64,000 nt of DNA, taken from positions 64,001-128,000 of the IMG/VR virus record IMGVR_UViG_3300029922_000013, one strand, 5' to 3'. Under the pieces are notes generated by a model, which was not told the DNA's origin, made no database searches, and worked only from the letters and a program-made list of their open reading frames with translations. Source of the DNA: a virus. Below are positions 49,201-59,334 of this stretch, piece after piece. The stretch's first letter is position 1. Each line of letters opens with the position of its first letter. Both the position numbers and the translations under genes were made by a program.

Positions 49201-52017
49201 AGTAATAGAAATCGATGTTCCGGCTATGACCGTTTCTTGAACCACTTCATTATCGGGCTGCTCATCATCTATGCCACCGTATGGGTTAAGAAAAGTGACT
49301 ATTTCGTCTGGTTCTCTGCCAGCAACGCTGATTTGAGACGTAAATGTTGTAAGGGAAGTATCAGGTGGATAGGCAACGGTATCAGATGTGATCTTGCTAT
49401 GGAAGAAAGCAGGCAAATAAGCACTTGCTGTGTCTTGATGAGCTATGATAGGATAGCTACTAGTGCTAGTTTGAGCTACGGTAAAGCCTAGTTGACCCCC
49501 AACATTATCGAAAGTAACTACGGTAACAGAACCGTCCGTATTAAGAGTGTTAGTTCCAATTAATAGGAACTGCTCTGCATAAACGCTGAAGTTCAAAGAA
49601 TCGGTTTGTAGCTGTAGATATGCCGCAATAGCATCCAAAGTCAGGGTGCCTGCAGGAACATTGAATTTTTGAGGTACATAGGACGTTCTAACTATTACAA
49701 AACCAGCCTTGTACAAAACGTTAGTTTGAGGGACCACAGCTGCTGCTTCGGCAGCAGTAACTAGAACGGTCAGAGTATCATTAGTTAGTGTGGTAGTAGA
49801 GATAGAATGAACTCTACCTTCCAATCTATTGGGGGCGTCCAACTCCAAGGACCAGACGATCAGGTAGTCTCCGGGATTTACATTTGAAAAAGAATTTGCT
49901 ATAGATGAGGTGTAACTAACTGTATGCGCACCCGTATTGGCAGTTACGGACAATAGTCCTCCAGGAGAAGCCCCAGAAGGAATAAATGTTACGGGTTCAT
50001 CTATAGAAAGCCAGATATATCCTTCGGAAGCAAGGGTCACTGAAGAGCCTGCAAAAGAAGAGCTTTCTATGGTACCCTTAGTATTGGTGCTCCCAGCAAC
50101 GAGATTGTCACCGGCAACCAAAGGGGTGGCTAATTGTATTTGTGCAGTATTTCTGTCAAGTGTATAATCTGCTGCTGCGCCGTGAGAAGACAGGGCTTGG
50201 GAACCACCGAACATGCTTTTGGTAACTAAAGTAGAACCGGAACCTATAGTAACTTGGGCTCTATTATTCTTGCCGAGATTGCTCGACAATTCGATTTCTG
50301 TGCCTACTACGGTAGCCGTTACGCCTGTAATTTTGTTATTGAAAACTTCTGCCCACGAAGCCAACGAATTGGATGGGCTCACCGTGGTGTATAAACCAGT
50401 AGCGATAAAATCGGTATCCAAAATAGTGTAGGTGATCGGTGCAGTTCCGTCCACTGAAACAATCAGGGTATCGCCATTGGCGATGGAATTAGACCACAAC
50501 CCTTGTGGCTGAGAAAACACAGAGGCCGTATTCCCATCTTCGCTAAGAAGTGTGCTATTTTTGTAAAGTCTTAGTGTCTCATTCAATGTTGTAGGAAATC
50601 CTAAGAAATTATTCGCGTCTGTGAGGGTAGAGGGATCTGGAGTTGCGATTTGAATTTCTTCATTTGATTCTGCTATCGCTCTTATGACTACATAGGCTCC
50701 ACTTCCAGCAGTAGTAGCTTCGTAATTCAAATTAAAATCAGCATTTATAGAGGCACAAATTTCGTATGCCGTAGCAGCACCAGGAGCCTGGAAGTCACTG
50801 GTCAAAAATGTATGTTGAGTGGTGACTCCACCAACTGTTACCGCTAGAACATATCCCCCTAGAACGGCAAATGGACTTGCATCTGTTGATTGCAAAAAAG
50901 CTTTTGCAACTGGGGCTTGGGTACCGCCTGTAGCCAATTGAAAGTAATCCTCTCCTCCAATAGCGGAATCTATGATGTGCTCGATAGCTACACCTGCCGT
51001 CTTAGCTTCATAAGGAAGACTAGATCCCGTATTAATGAATACCGTAGAAGATCCATCTGCATTTGTAATCAGGGAATCTGATGCAATTGTAGCGGATTCT
51101 TCTGTAGAACTAGCGCCTATAAGCGAATTTTTAATTGCAGTAGCCGTACCGAGTCCAATTGATGATAAAACTAGTTTAATTTGAGTTCTGAGCTGATCGG
51201 CTGTTTCTGGATCTTTTCCGCCGCTAGTCGCAAGTGAATTTGTAACTACGGCGCCGTTAAATGGGGCACTTGAAAAAGTGCTAATAGCAGAAGGAGAGAC
51301 ATTCCCGTTGGCACCTGGAACGAGAGCTGTGATAGGCACGTTATTTACCGTGACTTCACCGTCTAATATTACGCCTTGCTGTGTAACTGAATACTGGGTA
51401 TCTGGCTGCAAACCATTTGAAGGAGCGATAACTACGGTGTTAACTCCAACAATCCGATTACCTCCCTGCGATAAAATAATGGATTCGTTTACATTATGAA
51501 ATTTTTGGGTAGGACTTGAAAGATTAAATTGAAAATAGTTACCAATCGGTACGATGGAGGTGTAAGGAAGTGGGCCTTCTGAGTCATTCGTTCCTCTACC
51601 AACATAAATACTGCCCGTTGCGGGAAAACCTACATTTGACCCTGCATAAACTATGACAGATCCTTGGTTAACAGCAGCTGCGCCAGGGTAAACTGAGGTT
51701 GAAACTTTTAGGAAGGAAGAGTCCGTAACATTTACGAACCCAGTGGCCGGTTGTTCAATGGTGGGAGTTATACCAAACTCAGCTGCTATGGCTTGAAGCG
51801 AATTTCCCGTGGCATAATCAATACTTGCATTCAATATGGTCTGAAAAACGTCACCGCTTGAACGACTAACAGCAAGAGCCACGGTTTCCAATAGTGAAAG
51901 GGAGGCGGACCCAACTGATACGGAAGGGATTCCGGTCTTACTAGCGAATGTTGCCAGCATTGCTCCCAAAATTGCATCGTATGACTGTGGCTGTGGGAGA
52001 GTAGGTGTCGTTGCCAT
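46294..52017 (-). CDS. Baseplate J/gp6-like wedge protein, 1907 aa, with large insertion
   Basis: ATGNSL...PATG; A..PGANGN...GGKDPETADQLR; C-terminal VGQSIAISNII...IPGV. Confidence 0.8.
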   Translation of the reverse strand: MATTPTLPQPQSYDAILGAMLATFASKTGIPSVSVGSASLSLLETVALAVSRSSGDVFQTILNASIDYATGNSLQAIAAEFGITPTIEQPATGFVNVTDSSFLKVSTSVYPGAAAVNQGSVIVYAGSNVGFPATGSIYVGRGTNDSEGPLPYTSIVPIGNYFQFNLSSPTQKFHNVNESIILSQGGNRIVGVNTVVIAPSNGLQPDTQYSVTQQGVILDGEVTVNNVPITALVPGANGNVSPSAISTFSSAPFNGAVVTNSLATSGGKDPETADQLRTQIKLVLSSIGLGTATAIKNSLIGASSTEESATIASDSLITNADGSSTVFINTGSSLPYEAKTAGVAIEHIIDSAIGGEDYFQLATGGTQAPVAKAFLQSTDASPFAVLGGYVLAVTVGGVTTQHTFLTSDFQAPGAATAYEICASINADFNLNYEATTAGSGAYVVIRAIAESNEEIQIATPDPSTLTDANNFLGFPTTLNETLRLYKNSTLLSEDGNTASVFSQPQGLWSNSIANGDTLIVSVDGTAPITYTILDTDFIATGLYTTVSPSNSLASWAEVFNNKITGVTATVVGTEIELSSNLGKNNRAQVTIGSGSTLVTKSMFGGSQALSSHGAAADYTLDRNTAQIQLATPLVAGDNLVAGSTNTKGTIESSSFAGSSVTLASEGYIWLSIDEPVTFIPSGASPGGLLSVTANTGAHTVSYTSSIANSFSNVNPGDYLIVWSLELDAPNRLEGRVHSISTTTLTNDTLTVLVTAAEAAAVVPQTNVLYKAGFVIVRTSYVPQKFNVPAGTLTLDAIAAYLQLQTDSLNFSVYAEQFLLIGTNTLNTDGSVTVVTFDNVGGQLGFTVAQTSTSSYPIIAHQDTASAYLPAFFHSKITSDTVAYPPDTSLTTFTSQISVAGREPDEIVTFLNPYGGIDDEQPDNEVVQETVIAGTSISITYDPDVRRLRTNDRYFLSNPLSFGNNDSLVAIIDNNPVNNTFQVPLYRRALTNTSYAVNSHNFNAYDKDYAPTGNFATSFGPNFVFNNYRVLMQAKKTLSSTTQQSSILYRSVPWGTTGQEIIVSYIFNGAASSITNSVTITNTVNITITVPPATTATAVAAYVTTNLPTYITATVVDDGSGGTPGAGIITANASAQLLDGMNWLLYSNLINNTTVVDGTTSTGSNILTDISPTNGIRPGAAVSGAGISGGTTVVSVNGPAVTISPAATGNNTQTTLTFVNTGSPQFVLKNPLSLPTDVGYAFNNGETIMFSPTTIDQVYQFVNVLPVSGITTTSLINTANRDSELEISSDTFGSGGYVDVVGGAANGYTFPVINGALNIDNTYAAISASIIPSGYVLSDQWFRLQATYTQQKDTLFGNNTDVTILPNTPSAGFSQISLSGINSTQRYFGQPRVISGLTGLTFRVENQGNLVCFSYVGSTSSPQFLTVPVNFNSTNGDIFNVALVPGTNDSKYTILLGSTVFSGLSIGELVTIDMPSSAPNSGTFIVTGVSSNILQVTNPNAVATGAEMVTAGVTFQASTGVMEGDTVVVAGPFSGPNQGSYRVIRTFNDSFWIQNADALEEEVVLSSGSLTFYEYEDTVVGDDLVISGTAFDGQQYTFTVTTASATEGATYTNNSQTFVVTNTIAGANTLVTAGTGTPTNTGTLTKTSGTGDATITFTAFTSSIGTSNAGTYPVTQLIDENNIIVKGVLTAASTVNLTGLLSSFYIEEGVPYSGYKHTYLVAPQPGSPALNEILFDTVAQYEKINQAAGVVVTSLDKLNFPTTVSQGLDGYKYNTGLIQEANRILYGDPTDPLTFPGVVAAGTDVFVREPLALVVNLALEVRLQTGAPFSSISQQVRNNVAALISSNPVGQSIAISNIIAVCTTIPGVISVAISSPLYNENNDLIVVQPSEQTFILDPSQNISVSLIT

Positions 52018-52042
52018 TTAGATATCCTCTTATTTACCTTTA

Positions 52043-52049
52043 TATATCA
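52043..52049 (-). promoter_or_regulatory. TGATATA element upstream of baseplate J
   Basis: ATGATATATAAAGG, also present at 30740-30753. Confidence 0.5.
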
Positions 52050-52054
52050 TTACT

Positions 52055-54703
52055 TTAAGCAGCCAACTGGAATGAAACCGGAAGAGTTCCTTGCATATTT
52101 GGCAATGAAACTCCTAACGATATCGTTAGGTTAGGTGGATTAGCTTGAATTTGCAAAGAAGTAACGCTCGCGAACCTCGGATCTTGAGTAACCTGACTAT
52201 TTATTTGCTTAAATAATTCTTGAACATTAAGATCGCTGATGGAAGTTCCTGGTTGCACGCCAAGACCATACTCTGGGTGTATTAGAAAAGAATTCAGAGT
52301 AGTTGTAAATAAAATTCTTAATGCTTGGATAAGATTAGTCAACCCATAACTAATTAAAAAATCACCGTAGCTATTCAATGCCAAATCGCCGTCGTCTGTA
52401 AGTAGCAGATCGGTTCCCGACAATCCTGTCAAAGGGTCGGAAGCGGCAACAGAAGGTGGTAAAATATTCAATTGCCCAGGATAAGTCGGGGGGGCCAAAT
52501 CCGATGGAATGAAAATCTTTTGCTGAGAATTGGTTGTATTAGGAAGATAGGCTTGTACATAAGCCCCATCAGCAGTTACAAAAATACCTAGATTAGGTTC
52601 TCCGTTTAATGTTAACAAATAGCCATTGCCATTGGGTAGAGGGGTAATGTTCGTAATATTTCTAGCAACCTGAATCTGAGTAGAACTTTTTAAAATAACA
52701 GTTTGCCCCAAATATAGGTTTGCGTTACTGGAAACTATTACCTGTCTACCTATAGCATTGCTGAGCAATGTCAACTGAAAGCCATTTTCATCTATATACG
52801 GTTCTTCTAGATTATTCAAAGTCGCAATCTCTAACCATCTAGTCGCATCTCCCAAATAACGGGCCGCTATTTGTTCAATATTTGCATTATAGGGGACTGG
52901 AACTATTACCTTAGATGTTGGAATATTGAAAGTTATATTGGATTGATTAGCTAATCCTGCAATAAACTCTAAAGAATTTTGCAATGCCACATCAGTTACT
53001 TGAGTAGTGGCCGTTAAAAAATTTATCCCCTGAATAGCTTCATAAAGAACATCAAGAATTAAATACTGATTGATTGTCATGGGCTGAATCAATGTAGGTG
53101 GAGGGGTTAGTCCATATGTGCTGTTGTACAGAGCGTTGCCAGCTCCATAGTAGTCGCTCAACTGAACCGTTAATGTCAACAGAACGTTGGCGTTATTTTT
53201 AAGTTGAGTAACAGTCAATGACGTATTAGATAAAATCTGATTTAATTTCTTCTGTTGTGCTGCGTTTAAAGCTAACTCATTAACGGGAACTTGATCGAAT
53301 AAATCAACATTTGAGTTGGGATTATTAGTAACTGAAGTAGCATTGCTAACTTGCTGAGCATTAGCTGCTGTTGGTCCGAGCGCACCACCCGAAACGGCGG
53401 TGGTAGAAAGTCCATTATTTCTGTTTGAGCCTGACTTAATAGCTATTGCAGCGGCAGCACCAGCAGCAGTAGTGACGGCTCCTAGAATCGTTGCAGCATT
53501 TTGAGCAGTGTAGGCTTGGGTAGCAGAAGCAAAATCTTGCTGAATACTAGACGGCAGATCAGAAGCGGTGGCTATTACACCCAGCGCATCTTTTACAAAG
53601 AGAGCTGTTTGTCTTAATACATTGAAAACGCCGTCTACGTCTGATCTAACAGCTCCGATAACCGCTATAGCAGAACTACAAATCAGCCTAGCTTCCATGA
53701 TACTGGCCAGAACTCTTTGTAAGATACCTGGAGTCACGGTGTACGCTTGAGCTGGAGAAGGTTTTTGCGGAACTTCGTTTAGATTTATTCTTCTCCAAGC
53801 CTTGAACTGCATTTGATAAGTAATTTCCATAGGTCTGTTCACGGACTGTTGCCACGTAAACTGCATTGGAGTTACTACGAAGGATTGGTTTTGCTTAGGG
53901 ATATCAAAAACTAAACGCCAACCATAGTTTTTAGGATCTTTCTTTGCTTCTGCATATTGTTCCAAAAATTGCTGGAGATACATGGCTTGATAATAGCCAG
54001 TGCTGCTTCCGCCAAACTGAGATCCCAAATCGGTTGGGCTAATCGTGGATGGTTTACTAACTGGATAGTTATTCGTAAAACTATTCACAGTAGTAACAAC
54101 TTGACTAATCAATCCTGATGCAGCCTGAATCGTTCCACCTAGTACAGATTGCAGAATCCCTGCGCTACCAGGAGCTTTGGATACGCTTTCTCTGTAGGGC
54201 CACACACCCATAGTTCCAGAAGCGCTAATCATCTTAAATTTGATGCCATTATGCTCTTCTACCACTCCTCTTAGGGTGGCGGAAGTGTTTATCGCAAATT
54301 GATCAACAATACTCATCTGTTGTGGAGTTATGGGTAAATTAAATACCCAATTATAGCCTAGTGGCTCGAAAATTAACGTGGGAGTTCCTTGCCCAACTGG
54401 GGTGACTATTTTAACGGTACTATTTGTACTAAAGTTACCCACCAGCCTATTACCTTGGCTAGTATCGATCACCAATAGTCTGTAGGGGTAAAGCTGATTC
54501 CATCTGTTTGGATCTATGTCAACATAAGTATAAAATGGACTATTGACCGGAAATCCACCCGCTGCACTCCAAGGTACTGGGTTAGGACTTTTAACAGTTT
54601 GTAAACCGGAAATGATCTGTGCTCCGTTTTTAGCAGCATTAGATAAGCTGTCTACAACGTCTCCATACCCCAAATTTCCAGTGCCATTGTCAAAAATTCC
54701 CAT
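52055..54703 (-). CDS. Baseplate protein with LysM-like segment and C-terminal gp25/gpW-like domain
   Basis: IEQIAARYLGDATRWLEIATLNNL; GLTNLIQAL...HPEYG...DPRF; start moved to MGIFDN (SD GAGGG, promoter at 54719). Confidence 0.7.
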   Translation of the reverse strand: MGIFDNGTGNLGYGDVVDSLSNAAKNGAQIISGLQTVKSPNPVPWSAAGGFPVNSPFYTYVDIDPNRWNQLYPYRLLVIDTSQGNRLVGNFSTNSTVKIVTPVGQGTPTLIFEPLGYNWVFNLPITPQQMSIVDQFAINTSATLRGVVEEHNGIKFKMISASGTMGVWPYRESVSKAPGSAGILQSVLGGTIQAASGLISQVVTTVNSFTNNYPVSKPSTISPTDLGSQFGGSSTGYYQAMYLQQFLEQYAEAKKDPKNYGWRLVFDIPKQNQSFVVTPMQFTWQQSVNRPMEITYQMQFKAWRRINLNEVPQKPSPAQAYTVTPGILQRVLASIMEARLICSSAIAVIGAVRSDVDGVFNVLRQTALFVKDALGVIATASDLPSSIQQDFASATQAYTAQNAATILGAVTTAAGAAAAIAIKSGSNRNNGLSTTAVSGGALGPTAANAQQVSNATSVTNNPNSNVDLFDQVPVNELALNAAQQKKLNQILSNTSLTVTQLKNNANVLLTLTVQLSDYYGAGNALYNSTYGLTPPPTLIQPMTINQYLILDVLYEAIQGINFLTATTQVTDVALQNSLEFIAGLANQSNITFNIPTSKVIVPVPYNANIEQIAARYLGDATRWLEIATLNNLEEPYIDENGFQLTLLSNAIGRQVIVSSNANLYLGQTVILKSSTQIQVARNITNITPLPNGNGYLLTLNGEPNLGIFVTADGAYVQAYLPNTTNSQQKIFIPSDLAPPTYPGQLNILPPSVAASDPLTGLSGTDLLLTDDGDLALNSYGDFLISYGLTNLIQALRILFTTTLNSFLIHPEYGLGVQPGTSISDLNVQELFKQINSQVTQDPRFASVTSLQIQANPPNLTISLGVSLPNMQGTLPVSFQLAA

Positions 54704-54718
54704 TAAAACCCTCATAGC

Positions 54719-54726
54719 TAAAGATT
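54719..54726 (-). promoter_or_regulatory. AATCTTTA putative late promoter
   Basis: GCAATCTTTA 15 nt before ATG 54703. Confidence 0.65.
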
Positions 54727-54760
54727 GCAGTTTAGGGATTATGATATAAATATAGGTAAT

Positions 54761-55330
54761 ATGACTAATTTTCTTACCGTAGTGTTTGTTTTTATTGGAT
54801 TTTTTTGTGGAGCGCACTTGCTCTCCCATCAAAATCGACCTAAAAAAGCTCCAGAATACGTAGGGGTCGCTCCAGCCGCTAAACCATACTATGATGAGTA
54901 TAAAAGGCTAGCCAAAAATGAGGGCATAACTTTTAAACATGATATAACTATTGGATTTAAAAGGATTAATATGGGAGATGCGATAGGGCTAACCACTTAT
55001 GGAAGAAACTGGAGAGAAATAGACGTAGACAGTGACTATTGGGAAGATGCAACTGACGAGTCCAAAACCATGGTTCTGTACCACGAACTCACACATGCTT
55101 TTTGTGACAGAGGCCACGACTATGGGGACGGCGTGCCGTATCCAGTAAGCGAGGAAGCCAGGAGTGACCAAAAAAAGAAATGCCGGAAGGAAAGCTGCAT
55201 AACTCCTGGATATTATAAAGATGAGTGCCCTTTATCTCTTCTATATCCCGCTATTTTTGACGATTACTGTTTCTTAATTCATCGCGACGATTATTTAAAA
55301 GAAATGTTTCAAAGGTGTATCCCATACTAA
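54761..55330 (+). CDS. Membrane-anchored or exported HExxH metallopeptidase
   Basis: N-terminal hydrophobic helix; LYHELTH...RGH; CPLSLL. Confidence 0.7.
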   Translation: MTNFLTVVFVFIGFFCGAHLLSHQNRPKKAPEYVGVAPAAKPYYDEYKRLAKNEGITFKHDITIGFKRINMGDAIGLTTYGRNWREIDVDSDYWEDATDESKTMVLYHELTHAFCDRGHDYGDGVPYPVSEEARSDQKKKCRKESCITPGYYKDECPLSLLYPAIFDDYCFLIHRDDYLKEMFQRCIPY

Positions 55331-55331
55331 A

Positions 55332-55691
55332 ATGCTAACTACAGAACAAATTAAAAATATCACTTACGTTTACAATAAACTCATGGAAACCGAAGACAAA
55401 GGTTGGGATACTGTAGACGATCTATTGGAAATAATGGAGTGGCTAAGCGACGACCAGCTTTATAGAGAATGCGAGGTACTATATTCTTATCACAAAAGTA
55501 AAAATATGGGCTGTCCTCATATGCATAAGCCAAGCACTGCGTGTTTTGTAGAAAATATACTAGAAGCGGTCGAATCAATCCTGGAACTTTATGAAGAAAC
55601 TAACAATCTGCACACCAAAAATAGGTACATACTAGACTATTATGTAGTGCTTTGTCAAAATGGGTATATAGTAGAATCACTGAATCCGTAA
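55332..55691 (+). CDS. Hypothetical protein
   Basis: ORF following the peptidase. Confidence 0.65.
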   Translation: MLTTEQIKNITYVYNKLMETEDKGWDTVDDLLEIMEWLSDDQLYRECEVLYSYHKSKNMGCPHMHKPSTACFVENILEAVESILELYEETNNLHTKNRYILDYYVVLCQNGYIVESLNP

Positions 55692-55940
55692 CGAAAAAAC
55701 CCTAAAAGTAGACAAGCATTTTATCGCGTCTCTCTTTTGTTTATCAGTCCCATTGCTGATGGCGTACAGAATTTTATTCAATATACTATTGTAGTATTTG
55801 TTGACCTGACTTTCACTAAATGTAAAATTTCCATCCTTATTGTAAAAGTCATTCCCAAGCTGGATGACAAAAGAATTCCTTTCAATCTTAAGTACTTCTT
55901 CTACGGTAAACCCTTTAAATGGACTTTTTTGTTTTATCAT
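55677..55940 (-). CDS. Hypothetical protein
   Basis: ORF directly downstream of 55944-56483. Confidence 0.6.
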   Translation of the reverse strand: MIKQKSPFKGFTVEEVLKIERNSFVIQLGNDFYNKDGNFTFSESQVNKYYNSILNKILYAISNGTDKQKRDAIKCLSTFRVFSLRIQ

Positions 55941-55943
55941 AAA

Positions 55944-56483
55944 TTATTGTGCCGATATAGGTATTGGGATAGGGGTTAGTGCAGGTGGGGCCGCTAAACC
56001 AATACAAAGAAAGGTGAACGCAAGGGTAGCGTCTCTAATCGATGTAGCAAATTGAAGTGTTTTGTCGCTGGCAGTGGGAACGCTCACTAATCCAGCACTG
56101 AGCGCCGCTGTTGCAGCTGGGATTGTGATAATTGTGGCCGCAGCCGTAGGGAGTGTGTTGGAGTCCAAGCTTGCTGATCCTATCCATATAGGGTTCATTA
56201 CGGTGCCGGGAGTTATAATACTAGCGGTTACAGCAGTGGTCCAATTAGTGACAAAAATTGGTATCCAAGAATTGTCCGGTACTGGTAGCATGGCTAGCAT
56301 TAAGGGAATCATTACGGCATTATTAAATGTAAATATACCGGGACTTCCTGTGCTTCCTGCCTGTGTTTGATTCATGAATCCAGCTAAAGCTCCAACAAAA
56401 GCTGCGGCCCCCGATGCTGGATCAGTTGTTGGGCTTAAAGCTAGTAGTTGACTTTTAAAGTCAGCAGCAGTGGATAACGTCAT
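55944..56483 (-). CDS. Spike-associated structural protein
   Basis: Ala/Pro-rich ORF coupled to the spike gene. Confidence 0.6.
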   Translation of the reverse strand: MTLSTAADFKSQLLALSPTTDPASGAAAFVGALAGFMNQTQAGSTGSPGIFTFNNAVMIPLMLAMLPVPDNSWIPIFVTNWTTAVTASIITPGTVMNPIWIGSASLDSNTLPTAAATIITIPAATAALSAGLVSVPTASDKTLQFATSIRDATLAFTFLCIGLAAPPALTPIPIPISAQ

Positions 56484-57442
56484 TCAGTAAATACCTTTGT
56501 ACTCAATGTATTAGGAGGCATAGGAACTATAGGAGGAGAGCTGGGTCCTAAAACTGTGGCATGTGTATGTGTATTAAAATAGGCCATAAAAGAAGTACCC
56601 TTAATCACAGACTCTACCGCGTTAGCACCTAAATCTATTAGAGTCCCGTCTATCACAGTATTGCCGCTGGAAGTGATGCTAGTGTTTCCGGTAGTTGTAA
56701 TCGTAGTATTGCCTTGTGCAGTGATATTGATATTGCCTTGTACGGTAAGTGTCCAATCCCCAGCAGAAGTTACATTGACTTCTTGATTGGTATTGTCCAG
56801 CTTAAACATAATTGCATTATTGGTAATTGTGAAGGTCCCGTCTACATCTATGGCCAGGACGGTGGTTCCATGAGAATCGTCTATTACCTTGCCGTCATTA
56901 TCGGTAGCGCTATTCCACGTAAGGGCCGTAGAACCATCGCTATTGACTACTATATTGACACCGTTATATTCACCCTCAAGATGAGGATCGGTATCTTTTA
57001 ATGTAGTATCCCTGTCAGGATGTGGATAGCCACCCAGAATAACAGCTTTGTTAGTAAAACCATCCAAACAAAGGATAAGAACTATAGCGCCGTTCTGATC
57101 TGATGTATTTGCTTCACCATTTTTATTATTGTCTTGGATCTGATAACGCAAATTCTTTTCAAAAAAATCAGCTACAGAACCCAGTCCATCTGATGAAAGA
57201 CAGTTTCTGTAGATAATATTGGTGCAGCTAATATTTTCATTTTGTTCAAAAACTTGTACATCATATTCGGTTGACAAACGAGAGAAATTATTGGGATCAC
57301 CCACTGCGTAAGACTTCAGGACCACACCCATTCTCATTTGTGTATTTTTATAGGATTTATTAAAAGCAGCCGTTTCGGACTCTACATCTAGTCCCAAAAC
57401 TCCAAACGGCAAAACTGTTCCATTTTCAAGATGATTGCTCAT
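56480..57442 (-). CDS. Baseplate central spike (gpV/gp5-like)
   Basis: OB-like N-terminus (GAIVLILCLDG..AVILG), beta-helix repeats (ITAQGNTTITTTGN), apex FNTHTH. Confidence 0.8.
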   Translation of the reverse strand: MSNHLENGTVLPFGVLGLDVESETAAFNKSYKNTQMRMGVVLKSYAVGDPNNFSRLSTEYDVQVFEQNENISCTNIIYRNCLSSDGLGSVADFFEKNLRYQIQDNNKNGEANTSDQNGAIVLILCLDGFTNKAVILGGYPHPDRDTTLKDTDPHLEGEYNGVNIVVNSDGSTALTWNSATDNDGKVIDDSHGTTVLAIDVDGTFTITNNAIMFKLDNTNQEVNVTSAGDWTLTVQGNINITAQGNTTITTTGNTSITSSGNTVIDGTLIDLGANAVESVIKGTSFMAYFNTHTHATVLGPSSPPIVPMPPNTLSTKVFTE

Positions 57443-57444
57443 TT

Positions 57445-59334
57445 TCAGCTCTCTGGGTCAGTGGGTTGAGGAAAGGGAAAGTTTTTAATTTGGCTAGGAT
57501 CTATATCAATATTATTGCTTCTATCAAGAACATCCTGCGATTCAGATACCCCAGGCAGTATTTGGTCCAAATTGTTGTAGTCATTTTGTCTGTCTAAGTA
57601 GCCACTAGTATTAGTCATTTCAGAGTATTGTGTCACACTGCTAGGACTATCCAAGGCCACTCCTTGGCTTAATTTCAAAGTAGTCTTGAATCTTTTTATA
57701 CCGCTACTTGGGTCTATGTTACAAGAATGAATGATGCTTTCTATATGAAACACAACGCCTTCAAATTGTAAGTTATCCCCAATGCAGATTGGTTGGGACA
57801 CGCCAAGCATTTCTATGGTGCCGTTCAATTTGAGCTGACCACCTATGGTGGCATCCCCCATAATTTTGGCCCACGACGGGCTAAGTGGGCCTGTTTGTAC
57901 ATAAGGATCGAACATGTTGCTTACTATTGACGGTCTTAGACCACTTCTGGTTACATCTTCGGAATCAAATGCGTAATTACCAGCACCCACTTCTTGGGCC
58001 GGTCCCGATCCCTGTTTGTCATTTATGGCAGCTCTGGAATAATACTGATAAAAATTGATTCTAGCCACCTCGTCTCTTCCAATATCGTAACTATAAACCA
58101 AAGCAGAGTCCACTTTCCAGCGTGGGATCGTTAAAAATTGTGTCACAGGTATGGTAACATTTGTTCTAGCTTTAAAATCTTGAGTAGTGAACGGAATTTG
58201 TCTAAAAACTACAGTAGGGTAAATCTTATTATCTGTTCCTAATTTATAGCAAGTAAAAATTTCATTAAGCGGTGCATTAGTATATTGATTGAGAATGGAC
58301 CAAGCTTTTACGGAATTCCAATACTCTGGCATGAAAAATGACAGACCCTGCAGTTGGGTAGGAGTAAAATGAAAGCCAGGACCACTGAAATTAGAGTTGA
58401 ATTTTGGATTCAAGCCTTGGGCCATTGTCTGGTTACTGCTTCCCGAATACCCCTGAACTCCAAAATTGTAGTTGTAGATATCTTTTGCGGCTTTTGCGTT
58501 AGATATTCCCATTAGCTTGCCTACCAAAGCAGGTATTAAAAATTGCGTGTTGGCTGTAGGTAAAAAAGCTTTAAAATCATCACTGTAATTTGTGGTGTTT
58601 ATTCCATTTCCGATAAAACTGGTGATCAGAAGGGCTACTATATCACGTAATTGAAAATAACCTTTACTATTAGCCAACTGAGCCCAATCAGAAGATAGCT
58701 TTCTTATGAAGATACCAAAATTAGACTCTGACCCTGATGCCAGTAGATTTTGATTGAAATAGATGGTATTATTAAATTCTGTAAAACCATAACCATCTAT
58801 TTTATAGATGACTTGTTTAGTGCCCGATTGCTCGTTAATAGAAATATTTTTACTGACTCTTTGTATCTTGTAAAGACCCTTAAAACCATCATCTGGTCCA
58901 TTTATTGGAGAACCATTTCTGGCATTTTGGGCTACTCTGCGGGCATCAGACTCCCAGTTTAGGATGTTTACGAATACAAAGTCACCTGGGGCTACAGCGG
59001 TCAGATAATTGACATCGGTTTCTTTGAATGTAGCTTCCATAGAAGGAGTCAAAGTGCCTTTATTCATACCTGTTGTTACAGCTATGCAATCACTTTCAAT
59101 GACTAAAGGATCGTTTTGTTTAACTTCTAGAGCCGAATTGTTATTATTTCTAAAAGTGTCTCTATTCTCAAATCTAATGAAGGTTAGAACCCAAGTAGGA
59201 CTGCTTTGGTTCACAAATGATTCAGGATCATTAGATGTAGAATCGTTTGAAAAATTAGGATTGATGGCCGAATCAACCACAGCTTGCTGGGAATTAGGCA
59301 GTAAGTCTACGGTGTATGCACTTACTCCATTCAT
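57445..59334 (-). CDS. Baseplate hub protein (gp27/gpD-like)
   Basis: Lies between TMP and spike; NGTIEMLG...IGDN...HIESIIH...TTLKLSQG. Confidence 0.65.
   Translation of the reverse strand: MNGVSAYTVDLLPNSQQAVVDSAINPNFSNDSTSNDPESFVNQSSPTWVLTFIRFENRDTFRNNNNSALEVKQNDPLVIESDCIAVTTGMNKGTLTPSMEATFKETDVNYLTAVAPGDFVFVNILNWESDARRVAQNARNGSPINGPDDGFKGLYKIQRVSKNISINEQSGTKQVIYKIDGYGFTEFNNTIYFNQNLLASGSESNFGIFIRKLSSDWAQLANSKGYFQLRDIVALLITSFIGNGINTTNYSDDFKAFLPTANTQFLIPALVGKLMGISNAKAAKDIYNYNFGVQGYSGSSNQTMAQGLNPKFNSNFSGPGFHFTPTQLQGLSFFMPEYWNSVKAWSILNQYTNAPLNEIFTCYKLGTDNKIYPTVVFRQIPFTTQDFKARTNVTIPVTQFLTIPRWKVDSALVYSYDIGRDEVARINFYQYYSRAAINDKQGSGPAQEVGAGNYAFDSEDVTRSGLRPSIVSNMFDPYVQTGPLSPSWAKIMGDATIGGQLKLNGTIEMLGVSQPICIGDNLQFEGVVFHIESIIHSCNIDPSSGIKRFKTTLKLSQGVALDSPSSVTQYSEMTNTSGYLDRQNDYNNLDQILPGVSESQDVLDRSNNIDIDPSQIKNFPFPQPTDPES

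Noticed and set aside
54704-54832. N-terminal extension of the 925-aa ORF and the 54725 start of the + strand peptidase
   Set aside because: The two overlap head to head and cover the promoter motifs; better-supported starts are 54703 (-) and 54761 (+).
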